Shown: in pieces, positions 49,035-60,070 of the stretch | Layout of the letters: every line of letters begins with the position of its first letter | Numbering within the stretch: position 1 is the first letter of the stretch | Source of the DNA: Octopus sinensis | Lineage: Eukaryota | Assembly (NCBI RefSeq): GCF_006345805.1 | Contig: NC_043015.1 | Span: 19,902,001 to 19,966,000 of the forward strand | Direction of reading: 5' to 3' | Length of the DNA stretch: 64,000 nt | Translations under genes and position numbers: made by a program | Notes under the pieces: generated by a model | What the model was told of the DNA's origin: nothing | The model's database searches: none | What the model saw: only the letters and a program-made list of their open reading frames with translations

Positions 49035-49166
49035 ACTCACTACTTATTGTTTAACAAAGGTTTCCAAACATGGGAATACTCTCCATCTTATGCCATTCGT
49101 TCCTATGCTTATTTGACGCTACATGCTTTTCCAATGAAAATCTATGCTTTTATCAATGTAAATAAG
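49035..49166 (+). CDS. ALG9: ALG9 exon 3 (THYLLFNKGFQTWEYSPSYAIRSYAYLTLHAFPMKIYAFINVNK)
   Basis: tttcag|ACT ... AAG|gtaagg; 132 nt; GFQTWEYSP.YAIRSY signature. Confidence 0.98.
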
Positions 49167-50119
49167 GTAAGGAATTCAAATAATTGTGCTCTATTTATCT
49201 ATCTATCTATCTCTCCCTCCCTCATATAAAATTAACAACTCTTGAAATCTAACCAAGTATTAAAGTAAGATGGCCATGAACCAAATAGAATAGCTTACCA
49301 CTAAATGTTTACAAGCTATGAGTTCAAATCTAACTCAAATTATTTTGTTGTCATTTTCTGAGAAAAACACTTATCAAGGGTAGTTAAACTTGTTAATTTT
49401 AACTACCCTGGAATGTTAGAAACTGCTCTGGTACTAAGTCAGTTTTAGTAGGAACTAGCTTAAAAGCCACACTCCATGCAGACTTTTAAGCTAAGCTAGC
49501 TCCTGCAGAGGGTTAATTGGGCCTTGCAGCCCAAAACTAAAATGTGGTAAATAGCATAACTATATAATATATCTATGATGACTATATATCCTGGTGGTGT
49601 TTGATCAAAGATTAAGGATGGATGAGAATTAATTCTATTATGCAATCATTCTTTTGTTCCAGTCCCAAGTTGAATTCTAGTTGTTGGCCAATTTGTCCCA
49701 AAGTACTTACCTTAACGTAAAATTAACAAAGCGAATGTCATTTATTTCCCCCTAGATCTCTAACGTCATCTGACAAATGCCAACCAAGATGGCGTAAAAA
49801 GGCCAAGCTTTACCTGCTAGAAAAAGCAGCCCAAATGCTTTTATATCAGATCCCAATGCTAGATATTCAAGAACCAAATAAAAGACAGATCTTGAATCGT
49901 AGGATCATCCTGATTCCAAAAAGCTGTAATATGTCTATGTAGAGCAAAAGTAGACTGAGGACAGACAGATAGAATTTCACTTTTATTATTATAGCTGAGT
50001 CGAACTCCTGAACTACCGAAAGGCTTTAAAATTAGATATAATCCAACAATTACTGGTCATATGCCTAAATCTGAAGCCATTATTAACAGCTTATATATTT
50101 TCTTTTCTTTTTTTTCCAG

Positions 50120-50190
50120 ATATTTTTATTTTATTTCCTGAGATGTATCCTTGCCATTGCATGCTCTGTAACAGAGCTATATTTTTATAA
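50120..50190 (+). CDS. ALG9: ALG9 exon 4 (IFLFYFLRCILAIACSVTELYFY-N)
   Basis: tttccag|ATA ... AA|gtaagt; 71 nt, phase 0-2. Confidence 0.95.
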
Positions 50191-50339
50191 GTAAGTTTCT
50201 TTTCAATGCCTATGTCTTGCTACCATACAACAGTCCACTTTATCAAGTGTGAACTAAATAACTTAAAACAAACACACACACACACACACACACACACTCT
50301 CTCTCTCTCTCTCTCTCTCACATGCTATGCCAAATGAAA

Positions 50340-50590
50340 CCCCTGTCATCCAACCAATGCCTATCTGAAAATCCTGAGTTGCAACTAAGTTAAAGGCACC
50401 ACCTGCTCACCCACCCACTACCACACCCTAGACAGCTTGCCAGTCTGAGTTTAGCCTCAAGTACTCGTTTTCACCTGAGTGGAGCAACGTGAAATGAAAT
50501 GCCCTGTTCAAGAACACAATGGACAACCTGTTTCAGGAATCAAAACACAGGCCTCCATAATCATGAACCCAGCACCTTAACAATTAGGAC
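50340..50590 (-). mobile_element. tRNA-derived SINE with Meta-like domain
   Basis: TACTCGTTTTCACCTGAGTGGAGCAACGTGAAATGAAATG...AAGAACACAA; related copy at 58225-58385. Confidence 0.55.
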
Positions 50591-50700
50591 ACAGCGCTAT
50601 ATCACATGTTGAACTTCACACACACACATACATACATACACACACACACACATACACACACACATATATTAATATGTATGTTTCTTCTCTCTTCTTTCAG

Positions 50701-50863
50701 TGGAGTATGTAAGCTGTTTGGTGCCAAAATTGGACGTTTGATGCTATGGTTTATGTTGTTTAGCACAGGGATGTTCATATCCTGTTCATCTTATCTTCCC
50801 AGCAGTTTCTCTATGTATCTTACTATGGTTGCTATGGGAGCCTGGTATCAGAAGTCTTACCAT
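50701..50863 (+). CDS. ALG9: ALG9 exon 5 (GVCKLFG...STGMFISCSSYLPSSFSMY...WYQKSYH)
   Basis: ctttcag|T ... CAT|gtaagt; 163 nt; GMF.SS..LPSSF.MY motif. Confidence 0.97.
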
Positions 50864-51344
50864 GTAAGTATATAAAGAACAGTCCCAATTTCGATAAGTG
50901 TTGCCATCAAATTTATCTGGAAGCAAAATATATTTCACCAGCTGAAAATACCAGACTGCCAACCTAAAAGTTTTAAGTTCAAATCCTTTGCAAGTATTTT
51001 ATAATGTGTGGTACAATTCCCTCATGTCTCAGTTCAGCTTGATAGAATAGATGCCAGATTATCGGTGGGGGGGCACTTGTTCAAGATAGGCTTGCGGCTT
51101 ATTAAAGAAGATGTTTATCTCCCCCTCATCACCCTCATCATCATTTGACAAACAAAAATCCTCACTTGTTTCCAGGTAAGGTAATGTTTCCCCATAGTTG
51201 GACTTGTCATAGCAGATTGAAAATGACACTAAATTGTAAGAAAATGAATCTAGTCTTATAAATATTACATGATGTCAAAATAATGAGACACATGTACGCA
51301 CACACATACACACACACACGCACGTGCACACACACATATACAGG

Positions 51345-51965
51345 CATGGCTGTATGGTTAAGTAGTTCACTTCTTAATCTCACAATTTTGGGTTCAATCC
51401 CACTGCATGGCACTTCCAGCAAGTGTCTTCTACTACAGCTCCCAGGCCAAGCAAAGACTTATGAGTGAATTTGGTAGATGGAAACTGAAAGAAGCTCTGT
51501 GTATATATGTGTTTGTGCTTCCTTGTCTTGACATCACAGGATAGTTACAAACAAGCATCATACAAGTGAAGTCCTTCGTTTCTTGCCATCCTCTGAAAAC
51601 ATGTCCCAGCATGGGAAAATACTACCTTGCTTGGAAATAGGTGAGGGTTGGCAACAAGGGTGATGTTCTTTTCAACTCTAGGTACAAGATCCGAAATTTT
51701 GGGGGAAGGGGCCAGTCAATTATATTGACATCAGTATGCAACTAGTACTTAATTTATCGACCCCAAAAGGATGAAAAGCAAAGTCAACCTCAGCGGAATT
51801 TGAACTCAGAACATAGAGACATACAAAATACCGCTAAGCATTTCACCCAGCATGCTAACGTTTCTGCCAGCTCGCCACGTTAACAAGGGTGATGTTCTGT
51901 CATAGAAAGCCTGCCTCAACAAATTCTCTCTGATCCATACAAGCAGGGAGAAGTGAATGTTGAAA
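51345..51965 (+). mobile_element. CORE-like SINE with RTE-type tail, interrupted by a nested SINE
   Basis: Head GGCTGTATGGTTAAG; tail CCATACAAGCAGGGAGAAGTGAATGTTG. Confidence 0.75.
51670..51881 (-). mobile_element. Nested Nin/Deu-like SINE with perfect 17-bp TSD
   Basis: TSD AACAAGGGTGATGTTCT at 51653-51669 and 51882-51898. Confidence 0.92.
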
Positions 51966-52078
51966 CAAAAATGATAGAACTTAGACCTTTACATGTTTCC
52001 ATTGTTAATATAATTTGTTAAAATTATTTATGTTAATTCATGTTATTTATATAATTGTTTCTACTTTATTCACCACAG

Positions 52079-52140
52079 TTTGCTATTTTGTCTGTTGCTG
52101 CTAGTGCCTTCATTGGCTGGCCCTTTTCAGCAGTCCTTGG
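52079..52140 (+). CDS. ALG9: ALG9 exon 6 (FAILSVAASAFIGWPFSAVL-G)
   Basis: cacag|TTT ... GG|gtaaga; 62 nt; GWPFSA motif. Confidence 0.96.
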
Positions 52141-52395
52141 GTAAGAGCCTTTTTTTGTTTTGTAATTTATTAAAAACAGACATAAAAATGAATGAATGAA
52201 TGTTTGTTATTTTAACGTATTTGCCAGCATATAAGACACACCCCTGTTTTACAAGTAATGTTTTGTGGAAAAACCAAATTCATTGTTTTTTTTTTATCAC
52301 ACATTCATTGAAAGTTGTTTTAAAGTGGTTTTGTGACAGAAAATATGAAATCTCATGCATGTAAAGACATGCTGTGACAGTATATTTGAAAAATA

Positions 52396-52632
52396 TTGGG
52401 TTGGTGTATAATTATTGCAACTTTTTTTCAACAAAAACAATAATAATATTTAACAAAAACATCTTTAAATGACAGTCTGACCATCTGCCAAGCAAATGGG
52501 AAGCAGTAATTGAAGTAGATGGTTAATATGCTCCAGAATAATCATTTAAAGATGTTTTTGTTACATATTGTTATTGTGTTTGTTGAATAAAATCTGTTGA
52601 AAAAAAGCCGTAATAATTATGCACCAACCCAA
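52396..52632. mobile_element. Mariner-derived palindromic MITE
   Basis: TA-flanked; TIRs start TTGGGTTGGTG; inverted similarity extends ~80 bp; centre encodes DHLPSKWEAVIEVDG*YAPE* (mariner C-terminus). Confidence 0.87.
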
Positions 52633-53401
52633 TAGTATCAAATCATAAATCTGTCCTATATAAACTACATTGTGCAAGTACCAAATTTCAGTTTTATCCT
52701 TCTTTCAGATCAACTGTATAGCTGTTTAAATTTTGGTCAAGAGAATTGCCACACAGGATGTAAAACTTACATATTTGGCTATGGTGTTTGGGGTTACTGC
52801 AGTCAGCCACGAGGGTGGTGCAACACCGTTCTGGTTTTGTTATCATCAACGTATACATTGCAAATTGCTGACAGATGAATGTTTAAAATTCATTTCATCT
52901 TTCTCAGAGAAATTTCATTTAAATCCTTAAATCCTTAAAAATGTTTTAGCCCGAAGGCCATGGCCAATTAAAAAAATATTTCTTAAATGTAACACAGTCA
53001 TTAAATAATGTAAGACATACATCATCATCATCATTATTTAACATCCACTTTCCATGCTGGTGTGGGTTGGACAGTTTGACTAGAACTGGTAAGCTGGAGA
53101 GATGCACCAGGTTCTAGTCTGATTTGACTTGGTTTCTATGGCTGGATGCCTTTCTTAACACCAACTGCCATTCCTAATACACACCTGACATATATATATA
53201 TATATAATATATATATATATATGCGTGTGTATATCTATCAGGTGTGGGTTATGTATGCTGAACTGAAGAAGGAGGTATAATGAAATGATGTGACCTCTTC
53301 ACATAACTGTCAATGTGCCGTTAGCGATATTTCACAAGTTTATGCTAATAGACTGTGCTATTTTGGCTGGTCTCCTACATTTTATTATTATTAACAATTA
53401 T

Positions 53402-53618
53402 AAGGTGGTGAACTGGCAGAATCGTTACCATGCCAGGCGAAATGCTTAGCAGCATTTCGTCTGTCTTTATGTTCTGAGTTCAAATTCTACTGAGGTTGAC
53501 TTTACCTTTCATCCTTTTGGAGTTGATAAAATAAGTACCAGTTGAGGATTGGGGGTTGATGTAATCAACATACACCCGCTTCCCTGAAATTGCTGGCCTT
53601 GTGCCAAAATTTGAAACT
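53402..53618 (+). mobile_element. Nin/Deu-like SINE
   Basis: Colinear with the 4093 family. Confidence 0.8.
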
Positions 53619-53842
53619 ATTAGTAGTAAAAGTTATTGTGTCTGATGGAATTATGCTTATTCAGCTCCCTACCCTTCAGCCCTCAATCTTCCATCCATAA
53701 TATGGCCACATTAAATGCAGGATCATTTTTGAATCCATTTAAAACAAGAGTGCATCTTATGCCAGCAAATATGGTAATTTCTTTTCTTTTTTTCTTCACT
53801 TCTTTACTTTTTAAAAACAGGTTTTACTCTTTGTCTTTACAG

Positions 53843-53927
53843 GATACCCATTGCTTGTGATGTTCTCATGAAAAAGAAAATAAGTTATTTTATCTACTGG
53901 TGTTTTGTTGCTCTGCTTCTTTTTTTG
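53843..53927 (+). CDS. ALG9: ALG9 exon 7 (IPIACDVLMKKKISYFIYWCFVALLLFL)
   Basis: tttacag|G ... TTG|gtaaat; 85 nt, phase 2-0. Confidence 0.93.
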
Positions 53928-54574
53928 GTAAATATTTTTCAATCTGTTTCTCTTTCTTTTATTTCCCACTGAATTTTTTGTTGTTTATTTAAAAAAGGGA
54001 AATTGTTTTCCCTGTATTCTTTCTCTCTTACCACATAATAAAATAAATGTGTCAGAGGTATGGCTATCTGGTTGAGAAGTTCCTTTCCCGACCATGTGGT
54101 TTGGGTTGAATCCCACTGCATGGCACCTTCAGCAATCAAAGCCTGTGAGTGGATTTGGTAGATGGAATCAGAAAGCAAAGGTCAATGTGTGTGTTTGTTT
54201 GTATCTACTATTTGCTTATGCAAAAGTCCCAACATTGAAGCAGTGCTTTTGTTAACACCTTTGCTGTTACTAAGTCGGATGGGGCTGTAGTAGAAGACAC
54301 TTGCCTCATACATGCAATTATTGGCAGTAACTACACGTACATGTATCAACTACATATGATTATTATTAATTAAGTACGCCATCTCCTCTGGCCCCTGTGC
54401 CGGTGGCACGTAAAAAGCACCCGGAGTGGTTGGCATTAGAAAGGGCATCCAGCTGTAGAATCCCTACCAGATCAGATAGGGGCCTGGTGCAGCCTCCTGG
54501 CTTCCCAGACCCCAATCAAACCATCCAACCCATGCCAGCATGGAAAACGGACGTTAAAGGATGATGATGATTAG

Positions 54575-54738
54575 CACAGACATGGCTGTGTGGTAAGAAG
54601 TTTGCTTCCCAACCACATGGCTCCAGTTTCAATCCTGCTGTGTGGCTTCTTGGGCAAGTGTTTTTTTTGCTATAGCCCCAGACTGATGAAAGTTTTATGA
54701 GGTGGATTCGATGGATAGAAACTGAAGGAAGCCTGTCT

Positions 54739-54769
<31 letters not shown>

Positions 54770-55018
54770 GTATGTATGTGTGTGTGTTACAGTGTCCGTG
54801 TCTTGATATTTTGTGATTATTGTAAAACAAGTGTCACTGCCATGCATGCTGTGTCCTTCATTTCCAATCTTCCATGAAAACATGTCTGGTCATGAGGAAA
54901 AACTACTTCAATTGGAAATAAATGAGGGAGAGCTAGCCACACGAAGGGCATCTGGCCATAGAAAACCTGCTTGAACAAAATTCCATCTGACCCATGCAAG
55001 CGTAGAAAAGTGTATGTT
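54575..55018 (+). mobile_element. CORE-like SINE with RTE-type 3' end
   Basis: CORE-like 5' half, then AAGGGCATCTGGCCATAGAAAA...CCCATGCAAGCGTAGAAAAGTG. Confidence 0.75.
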
Positions 55019-55099
55019 GTTATTGTTGTTGTTGGTGGTGGTGGTGACTTATTATTATTTTTATTATTATTATTATTATTGGTTATTTCATTATTTCAG

Positions 55100-55205
55100 C
55101 TCCCTGTGGTTGTTATTGACAGTTATTATTATGACAAATTGGTTATTGCTCCATTGAATATCCTCCTTTATAATATTTTCACTGAACACGGACCAGATAT
55201 TTATG
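55100..55205 (+). CDS. ALG9: ALG9 exon 8 (LPVVVIDSYYYDKLVIAPLNILLYNIFTEHGPDIY-G)
   Basis: tttcag|CTC ... G|gtaagt; 106 nt; matches DSYYYGKLVIAPLNI.LYN.F..HGPD.Y. Confidence 0.98.
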
Positions 55206-55591
55206 GTAAGTTGTAACCCCTTCCTTCTTACATCTACTTAGATATGCTAATTTATACATCCTCATCATCAGGCATTTTACATCTGTTTTTCCTTGTTGGC
55301 ATGGGTTGAGTGAGTTTCACAGCTTCTCAGTTCTGAATGTAGTCCTCCATCATCTAACACACAATAACAGAGACAAACCTGCCAACTCTGTTGTTGTGTA
55401 TATCATGTTTTCGGTATTTTGTTTTCTGGGGGGGGGGGGGGGGGGGTCTGTGTTTTTTGTGGTTGAATGTTCTTATCACCAATCATTTTTACAATGGCAA
55501 CATTTTGGGTGCTTTTTGTCACCAACACAAGAGAAAGGATAAACGGGATTAAATAATCTTCTTTAATCTTCCTCCATTTGTCCTTTTCTTG

Positions 55592-55623
<32 letters not shown>

Positions 55624-56917
55624 ATGTATATACACACACACACATTTTGTTATATGGATTCATAAGAATCAAGGCACATCAAGTAAGTGGTAGGATGCCA
55701 GAAATGGCTAGGTACAATAACCTAGAGCTCACATTGAAATAAACAACATTAAGTACATCCCAAAAAGGATGAAAGGCAAAGTCAACCTCAGCAGAATTTG
55801 AACTCAGAACATAAAGACGGATGAAATACCACTAAGCATTTTGTCCAGCGTGCTAACGATTCTGCCAGCTTGCCACCTTAAAAAGAACAATGAAAATAAT
55901 TATTTCAAATTCTTTCCACAAGGGCAGCTTGAGGGAGGGGATTAAATCAATTACATCGACCCCCAATGCATAACTGGTACTTATTTAACCAACCCCAAAA
56001 GGATGAAAGGCAAAGTCAACCTTGGCAAAATATCATTAAGCGTTCCACCCAGCATGCTAATGATTCTGCTAGCTCAACACTTTAAAAAAACAATAAAAAT
56101 AATGATGATGAAAATAGCTTTTGTTTTGGACCTTTAATGAAGTAGATAATCAGAGGTATCTTAGCCATTTTAGCCTTGCTCATCTTGTTCGTTTTTTGTT
56201 GTTGTTTTTTTCTAAAATTACATTATTATCCAAATTGGCCTGTCTTTTTTTTTTTTTTTTTAGATAAGAAGTGATATGTGAGATTTTACTGTTTTCTCTG
56301 GTGTATCGAGTAATAGTGTAGAGGCTTGCTTAATCCCTTTTTCACTTTTACCTGTTTCTGCCAGAAGCTGTGGCCTTTCTAGGGTACCCTCATTGGCATG
56401 ATTTTTCATTTATTTCATTTCTACAGTGCTCTCTCCACAGTGTGGTTTGGTGAATGAGGGAATTAAGACATTGCTCTCATCATTTGTGTTTCTTGCTGTA
56501 ACAAGTGTTCATCTGAGGTCTCAGATAGAAATTTTTCTCCGTGTGTTTTGAATACATACACATCTACACCAAGCAAATTTCCATAGTTTGCTGGCTAAGT
56601 AATTAAAAATACATGCTGCCCCCAACACACACATACACACACCATCACCACCGTCTCAAGTTTCATAGTCTTGCAAGCTGCCTGAGGACCAAACTATTGC
56701 TGGTGCTATGAAAAACGCACTCAGTACATGCTGTAAAGTGGTTGGCATTGGGAAGGGCATCTGGTTATAGAAACCATGCCAAAGCAGACACTAGACCACA
56801 GTGCAGTCCTTGGGCTCTTCAGATTCTTTCGATTGATGTTGATATGAAATTTCAACCAGAAATTATATTAAAAGCCATTTTTTATTTTCTTATCATCCAA
56901 TATATTTTATTTTACAG

Positions 56918-57006
56918 GAACAGAACCATTTACTTTCTATTTTCTCAACGGCTTCCTAAACTTTAATATCGCATTTTTGTTGGCCCTCATATGTCTTCCA
57001 ATAGCA
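56918..57006 (+). CDS. ALG9: ALG9 exon 9 (TEPFTFYFLNGFLNFNIAFLLALICLPIA)
   Basis: tttacag|GA ... GCA|gtgagt; 89 nt; GTEP..FY..NGFLNFN motif. Confidence 0.97.
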
Positions 57007-57767
57007 GTGAGTATTTGCTTTTTTTTTTTTTTTTTTGTTAATGACACTTTCTTACAGATTCATTCTGCATTTACAAGTTAAAAACGAAAATCCTACTTCA
57101 AAGCTCAATTTGAAACCACATGGTTCTAGTTTCAGTGTATTGCATGGCACCTTGGCTTATTAGTGTCTTGTGTGGGAATTTGGTAGAACGAAGCTGTGGA
57201 ATCCTGTTGTACAAGGATCTACTATAATACACTTGTGTTTTTCTCTGTCACAACATATGAATGAGAAAGGAAGGGGTAATTAGCTGAATAAGGAAGGAAG
57301 GAAAGGGTAATGGCAAACTTGGTTGAGGGATGATGGAAATTCTACGGTGAAAAAAGAAATCAAACAGCATGAAAGAATGAAACTGCATGAGTATATGTGT
57401 GTGTATATAAAAGGGAGTCATGTGAATGTTTGTGTGTGTGCAATGGAAGTGGGATGGTGAACATTCAATGCTGAAAAGAAAAATCAAACAGCGTTTCAAC
57501 TCTGTGAGTGTATGTATGTGCATGTACAAAGGAAGTATGCGAATGTTTGTATGTGTGATTATTATGTACCTTATTTATATATAAAATACTACAATTAGCC
57601 GTCATTTTTGTGGCATGGGGCCAGCTAGTAACTAATATAATGTGTTTGTGTGTGATGGTAGTCTCTCATAGTCCAATAAAAGATGGTTCTGCAAATTTCT
57701 TGCTGAACAATCTCCACAAATGATTTGTTTATAATAATTAGATGTTTGTACTGAATATTAACTCATT

Positions 57768-58193
57768 CAGTTCTGTATTTCAGAGATGAGGAATTATTTA
57801 CATTTGACGGCTATTTGTCCTCATCTTGTTTGTTGTTAACACAACGTTTCGGCTGATATACCCTCCAGCCTTCACCAGGTATCTTGGGGAAATTTTGAAC
57901 CTGGGTTCTCATTCCTAAGGTATTTTTTGATGTTATTATTATTATGCCCACAGGCATATAGCATAGTGGTTAAGAGCATGGGCTACTAACCCCAAGATTC
58001 CAAGTTCGATTCCAGGCAGTGACCTGAATAATAATAATAATAACAACATTGAAAAATACCTTAGCAATGAGAACCCAGGTTCAAAATTTCCCCAAGACAC
58101 CTGATGAAGGCTGGAGGGTATATCAGCCAAAATGTTGTGTTAACAACAAACAAGATGAGGACAAATATCCGTCAAATGTAAATAATTTAAATA
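57768..58193 (+). mobile_element. tRNA-head + hammerhead-tail fold-back element, copy 3
   Basis: Plus-strand head 57952-58026 and tail to 58187; inverted tail with extension 57768-57945; TSD-like ATTAACTCATT / ATTAGCTCATT. Confidence 0.87.
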
Positions 58194-58224
58194 ATTAGCT
58201 CATTTGTTCCCTCAAATCAACGTT

Positions 58225-58385
58225 GCCATTACAGGTGCATGGTGTACCACATGTCAGGTGTTGAGGTGATCGCAGAGCAATGTGGGACGAAATGTTTTGC
58301 TTAAGAACACAATGCACCACCCAGTACAAGAACTGAAACCATGATATTCCCTATCATGAGTACAACACCCTAACCACTAGGCCAT
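58225..58385 (-). mobile_element. Meta-like tRNA SINE fragment
   Basis: Reverse complement reads TGGCCTAGTGGTTAGGGTGTTG...TTGTGTTCTTAAGCAAAACATTT. Confidence 0.55.
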
Positions 58386-59183
58386 ATATGTGTGTGTCTT
58401 TGCATCTGTGTTTCTCCCCCCCCCCCCCACACACACACTGCTTGACACTCTGTGTTGGTTCGTTTACATTCCTGTTATATAGTGGCTCAACAAAAGAGAC
58501 TGATATTTAAGTAGCATTAAATAAGTACTGGGTTCGATTTGTTCAGCTAAAACCTCTCAATGTGGTGCCCCAGCAAGGCCACAGTCCACTGACTGAAACA
58601 AGTAAAAGAAGCTACAGTGCCCATGACCTAAGTATATTTCTCCAACTCTCATGAAGTCTACAGTCATGCAATATTCATTATAATCCAAATTCCGCCGAGT
58701 TTGACTTGCTTTACGTTCTGAGTTCAAATTCTGCCAAGGTCAACTTTGCCTTTCATCCTTTCAGGGTTGATAAATTAAGTACCAGTTGCACACTGGTGTC
58801 GATCTAATCAACTACCCACCCACTCCCTCAAAATTTCAGGCCTTGTGCCTAGAGTAGAAAAGAATATTCATTATAATTATTTTTGCTGTAATACACAGCA
58901 GCAGCAGTGGTTTCTTTCATGTTTGCTCCATATACAATGGTGTTTCTCAGGACCGTCATCACCATTTGATGTTTATAAAATTCCATTATATTTTTATAAA
59001 TAAATATGATTATGAATTGTTTTAAAAAATTCTTTAAATATTTTGTATATTGTAGAAGAGTAACCAATTTATTGTACACATAAAATTTAATAGCAAATCT
59101 TTTATGGATCCCACTAAGGGTCATATGAGAACTACTTATATACCAAATATTGATTAGAATTTCATTTTCTCATTTTCTTTCAG

Positions 59184-59223
59184 GTTGTGGCAAAATTTAT
59201 ATGCAAACAGTCAAAGAATTCAG
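59184..59223 (+). CDS. ALG9: ALG9 exon 10 (VVAKFICKQSKNS-D)
   Basis: ttctttcag|GTT ... G|gtattt; 40 nt, phase 0-1; bridges exons 9 and 11 in frame. Variable loop, little sequence conservation. Confidence 0.8.
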
Positions 59224-59243
59224 GTATTTTGAATATTATGATG

Positions 59244-59274
<31 letters not shown>

Positions 59275-59623
59275 TAATAATGGTTTCAAATATTGCCACA
59301 AGGGTAGCAATTTTTGGTGAGGGAATGAGTCGATTACATTGACCCCAGTGCGTAACTGGTAATTATTTTATCAACCCTGAAAGGATGAAAGATAAAGTCG
59401 TCCTTGGCAAAATTTGAACTCAGAACATACCAACGGGTGAAATACTGCTAAGCATTTCGTCTAGTGCGGTAACAATTCTGCCAGTTCACTGCCTTAATAA
59501 TAATAATGATAATAACAATAATGAACTTGTATACAATGCTGCTCAGGTGCACTGAACTCATCAGAAAAATTAGCCAAAAGTGTGTGAAAAGTACATAGAA
59601 AATATGCACAGGAAGCGAACAGT

Positions 59624-59788
59624 GGCGCAGGAGTGGCTGTGTGGTAAGTAGCTTGCTTACTAACCCCATGGTTCCGGGTCCAGTCCCACTGCATGACACC
59701 TTGGGCAAGTGTCTTCTACTATAGCTTCAGGCCGACCAAAGCCTTGTGAGTGGATTTGGTAGACAGAAACTGAAAGAAGCCTGTCGTA

Positions 59789-59819
<31 letters not shown>

Positions 59820-60070
59820 GCATATATATATATATGTATATATATATATATGTATGTATGTATGTGTCTGTGTTTGTCCCCTAACATCGCTTGACAACCA
59901 ATGCTGGTGTGTTTACGTCCCTATAACTTAGTGGTTCGGCAAAAGAGGCCAATAGAATAAGTACTAGGCTTCCAAAGAATAAGTCCTGGAGTTGATTTGC
60001 TCGACTAAAAGCAGTGTTCCAGCATGGCCACAGTCAAATGACTGAAACAAGTAAAAAGAGTAAAAAAGAG
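59624..60070 (+). mobile_element. Full-length CORE-like SINE
   Basis: Colinear with 3069-3524. Confidence 0.87.

Noticed and set aside
49700-49815. Antisense promoter or exon in ALG9 intron 3 (CAAGATGGCG, TGACGTTA, AAG|gtaagt on minus)
   Set aside because: Isolated short motifs only; the ATG is followed by a stop after one codon and there is no other support.
57952-58026. tRNA gene (also 14822-14896, 30808-30879, 48261-48332)
   Set aside because: Acceptor and T stems do not pair properly and each is fused to a repeat tail, so these are SINE heads. tRNAscan-SE would confirm.
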